From assembly GCA_964035545.1 (NCBI GenBank), contig OZ037765.1, forward strand, positions 28,457,504-28,521,503: a stretch of DNA of 64,000 nt, in the 5' to 3' direction. Position 1 is the first letter of the stretch, and each line of letters begins with the position of its first letter. The position numbers and the translations under genes are program-made. The notes below the pieces were generated by a model. That model saw nothing but the letters and a program-made list of their open reading frames with translations. It was not told the origin of the DNA and ran no database searches. Source of the stretch: Bugula neritina (lineage: Eukaryota; Animalia; Bryozoa). Shown piece by piece: positions 13,701-25,700 of this stretch.

Positions 13701-16700
13701 GCCATTACCAAAGATATTAATGCTGATCAGGAGAAGACGATTCTGGATCTACAGCAGCAACTCATGGCATCCGACTCAAATGCAAGCAAGCTAAACCTTG
13801 ATAAATTACAAGAGGAACTTGATCTGGTAAAAGACATAAATTCTAATCAAGAGAAGACAATTCTGGAACTACAGCAACAAGTTGCGGACTCGGAATCTAA
13901 TGCTGAGAAGCTGAAGGTTGCAAGATTGCAGGAAGAACTTGATCTACTTAAAGACATCAACGCCGACCAAGAAAAGACAATTCTTGAGCTACAACAGCCA
14001 CCATCGCAATCTGAAGAGCAGGACTCCAAGGTCAAGGTAAAATAAATTTTATGCATTCATGTTTTTTTTCTCAGCTTATGCATTTTTCAGAGATACAGGG
14101 GAGTAAAAATGCATATATGTTACATTTTATAAACGGCTGCTTATAGTCTAGTAAATGAAATTAGTTTATATATATTACACTGCTAATCTTTTCAATAGTA
14201 TGCATGCAAGTTCTCTTGAATTTTACATAGATATCGGAACTTGAAAAGAAGTATTCCAATCTAAAACTTCTTATGTCTCAGAAGATGGAAGAGTTAGAAC
14301 TTTCTAGAAAGTCTATAAAATCCCTTGACCAGACAGTTGCGGATTTAAAGGTTATTACTACAAATATTTAAACTTTCTTGTAGTTGAAAGCGTTAAGTCC
14401 GCATTGTATAAAAATTACATAACAAGTATGCTACAGTTACCTGCAGGTTTATAGACTTTGTTAAATAATAATTTGTAGACTGAGAATGAAGAACTTGAAC
14501 AGCTTCGGGCCAGGGCTAGTGACTTATCGGCTGAGCTTAATATAGCAAAAGAAGCGAATACTTCTAACCAAGAGACCATCAAATTATTGGAAACTCAAAT
14601 CGAACAAACTGCTAGTAAGAAAATATTTATATTTATTTTTTATCTCGTGAATATCTAAAAAAATGTTCAAATAGGAGCCTTTTGAGCTTTCAACTTAATT
14701 TGCTTATTGAACACTTTTCTGGAAAGTTGAGCTTTTTTCTAGTTTACAAAATTTAAATTTCTATATTTTATAAAAAAAATTCAACAAATATTGTGGAAAT
14801 TATGCGTATGCTTGCATCATATATTTACTATTGTTGATTTTGTCAAATTTAAATTGCATTGATTTTTCTCTGTACATAAGCAGGTTTGGCATTGCTTTTT
14901 ATCCTAACTTATCTGCAAGATAACTAATGTGTGGGGTTGTCCCCCCTATAGCAGAAAACATTATTCATGCTTGTTGGACAAACTTGTAATTGTTTCAGGA
15001 AGTAGAGTGAACAGTTCTAATGGCATTTTTATGGCTAAATTATAGCCAAGTAGATTGCCTGGTGAAGAATTTATTTTGTTAGTACCTAATATAAATAGTA
15101 TTTTATCTTTTAAAATGTTGCAGACACAAGTCTTGCAGACTCTTACCATGATCAGTTAGCAAAACAATTGTCTACGGAAGATATGGAAGAGATGCAGGCT
15201 GAATATCAAAAAGAGACTCTTGAGTTGAGAAAAGAAGTAAGTACACATTGACATCATTTCTATAAAATTGGATTCTGTGTTTATATTCACAATTATAATT
15301 GTTCTAGCCAAGCTTCTTTTATCTTGGTAGTGTGCTTCTTTGAAAAATCAAAATACTTTAGTTGTTAAAGTTATGCCATTTTTGACTTCATTTGCTCCAT
15401 GATTATAATGATTGGCAATTTGAAATTTTAAATTTTCTAAACTTTTTGAGTTTTAAATTTAATGAAATATTTATAAACTTCTGCATGTTGGCTAGTCTTT
15501 TGTTTTATCTGAGTATATTTGTTATCCGCAGAGAATCTTACTGGTATGACTATGCACTTCGTGAGATTTTACATTTTTTTGCTATATCAACATTTTCTTT
15601 TATAATTTTTCTTTTTCTCATTGGAGTGATTGAAACAAAGACTTTTTAATATACACCACAGCTAATTCTATCTGTTCATAAGCGCAATATTTTTGCTTTC
15701 CAAACTTATCATTTTATTCACTATGGGTGTTTTATTGGCTTATATTATTCGGCATTATTTAAGCACAATATATTTGTATTTTTTTTCAAATTTAAATATT
15801 ATGTTTTAGATTGACTCCTTGAACAAAAAACTTGATGAATGTCTTTCTACTCATCATCCTGAGTTGAAGCGTTTAAGACTAAAGGCTTCTCAAGATGAGA
15901 ATCAGCTTCAAACAGTCAACAATAAATTAAATATTTCTAACAACATCATTCAAGAATTGAAAGCTCAAAACAAAGCCTTTGCAGCAGAAAGCAAAGCAGA
16001 ACATGAGGCAAAACTAAAAGATCTTAATTCCAAATTGCAAAGTGAAAAAGTTCAGAATTCAGTTCACAGAGATGTCATAGCTTCAATGTCACCGCAGATT
16101 GAAAAACTCAGTTGTGATAATGAAGCTCATGAAACTAACAATAAAATGCTTAAAGAGAAATTAAAACACTCAGAAATGGAAATTTTTAAAGTAAAATCAG
16201 AAATGGATGCACTAAAAAATCGATTAGTATCTTATGAGCGTAAAATGGAGGATGAGAAAGACCGCTATGACCTTCTTTACTCTGAGTTTACTAGTCTCAA
16301 GAGAAAATTAGAACAAAAAACTACTGAAAGCGACAAGTTAGCTGCAGACTTGGTAGAAGTGACAGAGAAATTAAGTGAGGCTCAGCGACAACTGGCTAGT
16401 AATTCAACAGAACTTCATTCATTGCAAGCAGACAAAGAAATTCTTCAAAATCGTTGTGATGGATATAGCCAGCAGGTTTCTCAAAAACTATCTAATGCAG
16501 ACCAAGCCAAAGTTGATCTTGACACAACTAGAGATGAGTTGCTTCGAGTTGAAGGTGAGCTGAATGATACCAAATCGAAACTCGTGCTTGCGCTAGGCAA
16601 AAATGAAGTACATGTTCGAGATTGCCAGAAGTTGACTGCTGACCTTATTGAAATAAAGCAGCAAGTTGACTGTTGTAAGTCAGAGCATATGGCTGTTGTA

Positions 16701-19700
16701 GAACTTCATGAGATTCAAATGGCTGAACTGGAGAAACGAATCGGTGATCTGAAACACAAAAGTTCGACCGATAAAAGTAGTATAGCTGAATTACAGGCAT
16801 TAGTTATTGTAGCAGCTAAAGATTTGCAAGAAGTAGAGCACCAACGAGATTCTTTATTGGAAAAACTTGACCAATCACATAAAACTATTGTCCAGCTAAG
16901 GTCTGAAAACCAAGTTCTTTATCAGGAACAAAGTCAGTTAGACGAAAAGCTTTCTAACCAAGATGCTCAAGTGATGTCGTTCAAATCCCAAATTGCCAAT
17001 CTTGATGCTGAACTTACCCATGCTTACCATAGCAATGAGAAAACAATTGATTCTCTTAAGAAACAAGTTCACAGCTTGACTCAAGACAAATCTGCCCTTC
17101 AAACAAGAAATGATAACTTGGTCATACAGGTTGATGAAATATTATCCGAGAAACAAGTTTACATTGACGAAATTGAAAAGTTAGCATCTGAACTTAAGTC
17201 AATAAAGTCTAATGCAGCTGAACAAGATGCTGGCTTATTACCGGAAACCTTGCTATCAAACCTAGCAAAGCATGAAAAAAGTACTCAGCTAGATGGTGAC
17301 ACAACTCTCACAGAAGAATTATTGGGACAAGATCATGTTCATGATAAGCATAATCCTTCAACTATGGCATATTCGGAACTTGAAGCCAGTTTTCAAAATT
17401 CTGTGATTCAAAACAGTAATTTGCTTCAGCAGATTGCCAATTATGAAAATGAAGTTAAAGATTTAAAGCAGAGTTTGGAAGAAGAGCATAATAAAGGAAT
17501 CTATCTTGTAAACAAACAAATTGAAAAACATAAGGTAGACATGAATTCACTTCAGGAAACAATATCTGAACTTCAGTCAGAAAGAGAGGAGTTGAAGCAT
17601 CAGCTACTGGTTGTCCGCAATGAGCATGTTCAAACCGAATCTGCCAAGGTCTGTGATCTGTTATCACAGGTTGCTGATCTAGATGTTCAAAACAAAAAGC
17701 TGCTCAATGATTTTAATTTGCTTCAAAATGAACATTTGAACCAGTTAAGCTCTGCTAGTGCTGAAAAAAGTATTCTTCAAGCCCAACTTGAAAACCTGGA
17801 TGAAATTGCTGAACAATTGCACAAACAAGGACAGCTGAAAGAAGGTTTGCAAAGGCTTAATTCAGAACTTCAGAATCGTCTCCATGAAGAAAGAAATGCC
17901 CATGCGATAACTAAAGCAAACTTTGAAAAGATAACTTCAGAACAGTTGACTTACAAAGAAAGAGTTGAAGATCTCAAAGAAAAGTATGAACATTCATTTC
18001 AAAAGTCAAAAGAGCTTGAGAATGACTTGAAGCAAATTGAAGATTTACTTGAGCATGAACGCTCTGAAACCAAGACGCTTACAGAAGAACTGAATGATAA
18101 CCTCAGAAAGGTTGATCAATTTAGTAATGAGAAAGCTGACCTCGAAGTTGAACTTGCAAAATCTAAAAGCTTGCTGTCTGAGCAGTCTTATGCATACGAG
18201 GAGCAATTGAGAGAAAGCAAACAACATGCAGAGCATTTGCAAACTGAAAAGACAGAAATGAAAGCATTGGTAGACCAACTACAAACCCAGCTATCTTTAA
18301 CTACCGCAAACATGGCTTCTTTAAAAGAAATTGAAACAGAAAATTCACAACTTCATTATCAAAAGACTGTTTGCGACTTGGCTAAAGCTGCTGCAACCAT
18401 GGTTGATTCAAATCATATGGGTGAGAAAGACTGTGCGCATTTGGATACAAGTAGCCAAGATTCTTATATACAAGCCCTCCAAAGCGAGCTGAAGATGGTA
18501 GCAGATGAGCTGGAGTGCACAAAGAAGGAAAATGATGCTTTATCAGGCAGAGTTTGCGACTTGTATGAGCAACATTCCGAGATGTCATTAAAGCTAAAGG
18601 AACATTCAAACTTGCAACAACAACACGTAGATATGCTGAGTGAGTGTGAGTTTCTGAAAGAAAGACTTGAGACTTCTGAGAAACGAGTAAATGATCTGAC
18701 AAATCAATTAAATGTTCTTGAATCAAAAAAACATTCCTTGGAGCAGGAAGTTAGCTCAGTTAGAGCCAACAATTTAAGTATGTTGTCAAATTATGGGAAT
18801 ACCACAGCGTATGCTGAGCAGTGTAATGAGCTAGATAATCAAGTCAAAGCTTTAGAAGAAGCTCTACAGCGTCAGCAGCAAACAAATCAAGTTGTTGTGG
18901 ATGAAAAAAGCAAGTTGATTTCAAATATTTCTCAACACCAAGAGGAAATAGCGCAACTAAAAACTCAAATTTTGGCAAAAGAAGAAGAAGTGACTCAGAC
19001 CAATTCTTTAATATCAGATCTTCAAAACAAAAATGATGCTTTAATTGAAAAATCAGAAAACAAAGCTAAAGAATGCAAAGAATTGCTTGAACAAGTAGAA
19101 AGTCTGCACAACAGGTTAAGTGTTGGAGACTCAAGCCCTTCTGAGCAAAAAGCTTTACTTGACAATATAGAAGTCCTCCAAGCACAGATTGATGACCAGA
19201 AAAGGTTATTTAGAATGTGTGAACATGAAAAAGCTGTTCTTAGCACGAAAGTCCAGACTGAATCTGATGCAACTAGAAAAGCGATAGAAGAAGTAGAAAA
19301 GTTGCGTATGTCCATGTCAATGCTCATGTCTAGTCATGCCACTGAAATGGAATCTCTTCAGGGTCATCTTGAAGACGCGAAGTTGCAAGTTTCAAGCCTT
19401 GAAAATGATGTGACTACTTATTCATGCCAGAATAGTGCTCTTCAGACTCTTGTTAATAAAGTCAACACGGAGTTGAAAGATATCAGAAAATCTAGAGATG
19501 CAATAGCTGGCATAATGAATGACCTGATTTCTCAAAACAAAACCACATTTGCTCAATTTCAGAATGATATAAGTGGGTTTTTAGAGCACATGAAAGAGCA
19601 GCATCACACACAGAAACTTGATGATGCCGCTTTGGCACTCTCTCCGGGGGCCCCTCGACATAGCAGCTCACTGCTAGATAATGAAGAAGTGTCAACTAGT

Positions 19701-22700
19701 ACTTCTCCAACATCAGTTCTTTCTTTACACGCTGATGACTACAAACCAGCTGATTTCTTTACGTCTGCTAATAGTTCTTATGAGAAACTTTCTAAAGCTG
19801 ATCTGGTATCCAGGTTGTCGGAGCAATCTAAGAAGGAGTTAGTCTTGAGACAAAAGCTTCAGGATGCAGGGCAAAGCTTAGTGTTTTATCGCTCTGCCAT
19901 TGACAATATCATTGATTGTCTTGGAAATGACATGCCTGATGTGAAAAAGTGGGCTACCAATTTGTTAAATGTAAGTGTAGAGTTTGAGAATGTTCACTAT
20001 AAGTTTTCTAATTCTCTTGCACTATTTTTGTACGGCTGATGAAATTATTTTTCATATAAATGTTTATACTGGAAAGCTTATTGTGTTCTGCGTTTAAGGT
20101 AAATAAAATATTTGGTATGTGTGTGTAGTCTGGGGACCAAGATTTTACTCAGTACTTGGATACATTGGTGAATAGTGAGTCTGTTCTTCAACGACGATGT
20201 CATGACTTGGAAATGTCGGAGAAAGCGCTAAAGGAGTCATTTGAAACTAAAGAGCAGGAATACCAGTCTGCAATACATCAACTAGAAGAGATGATAGTTC
20301 TGTTGAAATCAAATAAAGCCAAGTGAGCACATTTGGTTTATTTGATGTAATAATTTTGAATTAAAACTGTTGAAAATGTATGCTAGCATGCTTACTACCC
20401 CTTTGATAATCAAATTTCATACATTTTTTGTTAAAAGATGTTTTTTAAATACCTCAGCTAACAAAATTTGAGCTATAAGTACATTTTACTTGCTACTAGT
20501 TAATTTTATATATCAGATTATAATTTTCACCTTGCAACAAATTCAGTGTATAATGCTTATAAATGATTTTTCATTACTATTTTTGAGCTAAAGTAAACTA
20601 CTGAACCATAAAGTGCTTTAAATTACAAATGCATTCAAAAGCTAGAAATATTTTCTTTTAGGTTAGCAGAAGAACTGAAGCTAAAGACAACTTCTGTGGA
20701 TACCGACACTGAGCAACAGCTAAAAGATCTCAACCAAAAAGTGCAAGAGTATGAAACATGCATTCAAAACTTACAGCGTCAAAATGAAGAGCTGCAGTTT
20801 GCCTTTGAGAAAGAGTGCGACAGAAGACAGTTCCAAGAAGAGGAGAGGTATAAAGCAGAAGAAAGATCTCGGTATGTTTGTTAAAATTGGTTCCACTTTC
20901 AAATTTAAATATTTCACGATTTGGCAAATATGCACATTTTTGCATGTATAGGTTTTTTCGTTTAGCTTTTTAGCTATGTGAAAAGATGACATTTAATCTA
21001 TATTTTATTTACTCAATATTCATATTGCCAGAGAGTATTGCTGTGTACATGCACTTTTATATACGTATTTTGTAAAGATTCAAGCATTGTAACAAATGAT
21101 CTGGTGGCAGTGCTTTTTTCATGCTTCAATGTAGAACTAATTAAAAATTTAACATTTTGTTTTTTTATGTTGACTTTCTGTATTATCAAAAGTCATCACT
21201 GACTGAGTTATTTTTGTTGTTTCTGCTAGACCAGTTTATCAGTTTTGTTAACTCAGATAATCTAAAGCATGCATCGACAAGTAATATTGTATTTTAGGTT
21301 GAGTACAGTGGAAGTTGTCCGAGAAACAGAATATTTGTCTAAAATAGCTTCATTGGAGACTAGGATTTCAGAACTCCTTAAAACTCAGAAAGACCTTGAC
21401 ACTTTGATAGAAGAGCTGAAGCACCAGAATCATGAAGATGAGTTTAAAATCAGAATAGAAACTCTAGAGCGATCCGAAAGAGCTTTACTCAGGAAAATTG
21501 AGATCTTACAGCAAACTGATCTAAGCACCTCATTATCTCAGGTAGGTTCATTGTGATATCACAACTTCTTACTTTGTTTACTAAGATGTTGTTTTTTTGG
21601 TGAAAATCAAGCATTTGTGTTGTTTTAGTATGAAAACAATTTGGATAGACCAGAAGATTTGCTGCGCCAGAAAATCTTTGAACTAGAAAAGATGGAGATC
21701 CACCTCAAGCAACAGGTAAACAAGTAAAATATTTAAACCTTTATATTAATAAGTAAAAAATTATTAGCTGTTGTGTGCTTTGCTAATCATCATCTGCATT
21801 AATTCAGTACAGCTTTGTTATCAAAAGAAAATTAAAGCAAATTAACATTATCCTAGTTATTCTATAAATTTCAACAAATGTGTTTCTGCCTCAGCAGGCT
21901 AGCTTGGTGATCAATCCTCACTCTGCTTTAACTCATCAGTATGTTATATAATGTATTGCTCCTACTCTCTGTCCATTCTAATACTCGCATGTGTAGGTAT
22001 AGCAGATATATGTACAGTTGTATGTCTAGTGTACTCGTACAAGTGTATATCTAGTTTACTCGTACAGTTGTATGTCTAGTTTACTCGTACAGGTGTATGT
22101 CTAGTTTACTCGTACAGGTGTATGTCTAGTTTACTCGTACAGGTGTATGTCTAGTTTACTCGTACAGGTGTATGTCTAGTTTACTCGTACAGGTGTATGT
22201 CTAGTTTACTCGTACAGGTGTATGTCTAGTTTACTCGTACAGGTGTATGTCTAGTTTACTCGTACAGGTGTATGTCTAGTTTACTCATACAGGTGTATGT
22301 CTAGTTTACTCGTACAGGTGTCTGACCTTGAACATGACCGAGAAGAGTTACATGAAATAGCTCGCGCAGACAAGAACATCATTCATGAGCTGAACATTCA
22401 ATTGGCTGAGTCCAAGCTGGCCAACAAGAATTTGAGGTCTCAGGTGGCCAGGTTCGTGTATTAAATATGCCAATAGAAGCTCTATTACTTGGTCTTTCAT
22501 GACCATTTTACTGCATGACTGTTTTTGTTTATATTACGATAAACTCACATGGGTTTATAGTTGCTATCTCTGTGAGAACCTCTGATGAAAGGCTTTTTTC
22601 AAGCGGGCTGAGGATTTGTTTTTATTGTAGCATAAGAGTGTACCTTTCCTAACATCACCTTTACTGGGATTCGAACCATTGACCTTGTGTTTATGTTGCA

Positions 22701-25700
22701 ATAATATGCTCAATAAATCATATATCAATAAATGTACATATACTTTGCATATTATATATTATATGCTATACTATACATAATATACCTGTAGAATGGAGAA
22801 CACCGAAGAGGTGTTGTATAATAAAATAGACAGTGCAGAAGGCAGAATCCATGAATTGGAAGAAAAGTTTAGAGAAGCTTTGGACAACGAAAAGTCAATG
22901 AGGTTTCAGTTAGAAGATGTGGAATATTCTGAGGTAGTTTTGCTGCCATTTGTTAATTCTCCTGCGGCAGCATTTATTGATAATATGAAATATTGCTCTT
23001 GCAATTTTCACTATATACAAGTATACATGTTTTAAAGAAATATTTTACTGCATATATTATATATACGTATATACATATATGCAGTTCATATAAGCATATA
23101 ATAAATAAATAATAACAGTAATTATAATAATAATATAAGTCTACAGCAATAGAATACCATACTCTGTCTTGCATATCTTCAGGACAATCTCAAGTTCCGT
23201 ACTGGGAACATGGAGCGAACTCTAGAAACTTTGCAGGACACTGAGGCTGAGTTAAGAAAGACAATAGAGCATTTAACTCAAGAGAAACTACAAGCTCTCA
23301 AAGATCTTGCTTCATTCAAGTCTCTGTATAAGGTACAACTATTACTGTCAGTCGAAGAATAAATTTGCTGTTATTAAAATTTTGGTTTCATATAGTCATT
23401 GTGTGTAACAGTTGGGATATCATTTATCGATGTTCAGTTTTTTTAAGCAATATAAAAGTTGTTTTTTAATTGTTTTTGCTATTTGACAGAAAATCCATCA
23501 AATAATCACATAATCAAAATATAATCCAAAAGTTTTTTTCTGTGGGTAGGCAACAAACAATGAAGCATGGGTTAGTTGGGTGAATATTAGTTATATCGGC
23601 TACTATCTGTAAGATATTTGTTACACGCCCGTAAACTGGTTCTATGACTAAAAATTTTATCCGTTTTGCTGAATATTCTTTAAACAATAATGTTATGTGA
23701 TGTCGGCCATGTTAGGAGCTGGAGAGTGATCAAGTTGATCTCAGAGAGAGGCTGATGAACGCAGAGAATAGAGAAATTGGACTCAAAGGAAAAATAAGTG
23801 AGCTGTCGGCTATAGAGACTTCGCTGAAAGCTCGGATTTGTGAGGTGCAGTCTTAGCCTTCTTCTCTTTCAATACGTCTGGCCAAAGAGTTATACAGATG
23901 TTGGTTATGCATTATAAATGTATTGTGAAACATGATTGAACTGTAGCTAGACCAAAATACTTATAGTGCAATCTGAACAATGTCTATCAATAGGCGATTG
24001 TTATGTGTTGCAGCAATTGAAAGTAAAGCTTCAAATTTTATATTATAATAGTATGTTTATGACATCATGATATTAATATAATGTTATGTTATGGATTCCA
24101 TCTGAAGTTTTTTGTTGAAAAATTTAAGGCATTATGTGAGTAATGCAAATTTATGTTTAAATCAAATCAAGTTTGAGCTTTCAGTGTCTAGAAGAATTAA
24201 AGTGTAAACGAAATCATTATTTTGCTTAATGGAACGCATATCAATATTTAATAATCATATTATTTCTTTAAAAGCTATTTTTTCATCAATTGTATTTGCT
24301 GTTGCACCATAAATAATGCAAACTGATATGTACCTTAGGTTGAATTGGAGAATGAGAGGCTGACAGGAAAAGCCTTGCATTTAGAAAAGAGTGCCAGTGA
24401 CATGAGAGAAAACATGTCCAACACTTGCTTGAGCAAAAACGAGCTCAACAGTCGAATTCAAAACATGAAGTCTGCAGAGAAACAAGCTCGAGCCAAGGCA
24501 AGTCATAAATTCCTAATTCTAGCACATTTGTTAGCGCGCCTATCTTCATACTGCTGACGAAATGCATTGCTTTTTAATTCACATACCATTAGGTAAAGTT
24601 GCTTGTAGTTTTGAATTTTTTTTTAAATAAATACATCATGGAACCTTTGAGTAATTAACACAGCCTTTTTTATTCTTATTCTGTGTTGGCTATTTAAGCA
24701 GGTTTTTTCTAAATAGCAAATGTTATTTTACACACACAAATAAATGTGCGTGTATTAACTGTTGTTTGCAGATTATAATTGATTAATATTTACTTTGATA
24801 ATGTAATGTGTCAACTTAGATATATGTTAAGTATTATGCAGCAATATAACAGACTTCCCTAGTATGACAATTGAATCACTGTATCAGGTGGCGGAAGTGG
24901 AATCTGAAAAGTTTGAGCTGGAAAAGCAGCTTCAAGAAGTGAGAGTAAAGTTTGCCCAGTCGCAGTCTCAGGTTAAAAAGGATGAGAATGACGGAAGCAG
25001 ATTTAGTGACCGATTGGCTGCAGCATTAGCCAATGAGAAGCAGGCTAAAGCTCAACTCGTGAAATTGGAAGCGGTGGTGGCAGCATATGAGAGCAAGGTG
25101 CTTTAAAACATATATACATACCTGAAAACGCACTAAAGTTATCTTATTCAATTAATAATGCATAGATTTACTTAAAATTATTGAACCACTATTTTAATTT
25201 AAAGTTCTGTAATTTTGAAAGTGCTCAAGAAAGCTCATGAAATGATACTGACAGTGGAACCCTACCTCTTTTCTATTTTCATGTTTGTAGGAAACATCTG
25301 GTATAGTGGAGAGAGAGAACTTCCAGCTGAATGCTGAAAATAGAAACTTGAAAGACAAAGTGAAGGCTAAGGAGCAAGATATTCGGGACCTTGAGGAAAA
25401 GGTGCTTAGATTATAATAAGTTCTCTATATTATCTTATGACTATAATACCTATATTCAAATCTTAAGTTATTAATAAAATTTTTTTGTAGACTTATGTTA
25501 CTTGCTTTTTTGCTAATGGCAATTTTACAGTGATACATACACATTGGTGTTTTATTGACTTGCATCTACACATTTTTGATAAAAGTATGAAGTTCTTATG
25601 ACATTGTACTCTAGTATAGTGATATTGTACTATGGTATAGTGCCATTGTGCTGTGGTATAGTAACATTGTACTGTGGTATAGTGACATTGTACTCTGGTA

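Noticed and set aside
16375-19695. Short antisense and off-frame ORFs within the giant exon
   Set aside because: Shadow ORFs of a coiled-coil coding sequence.
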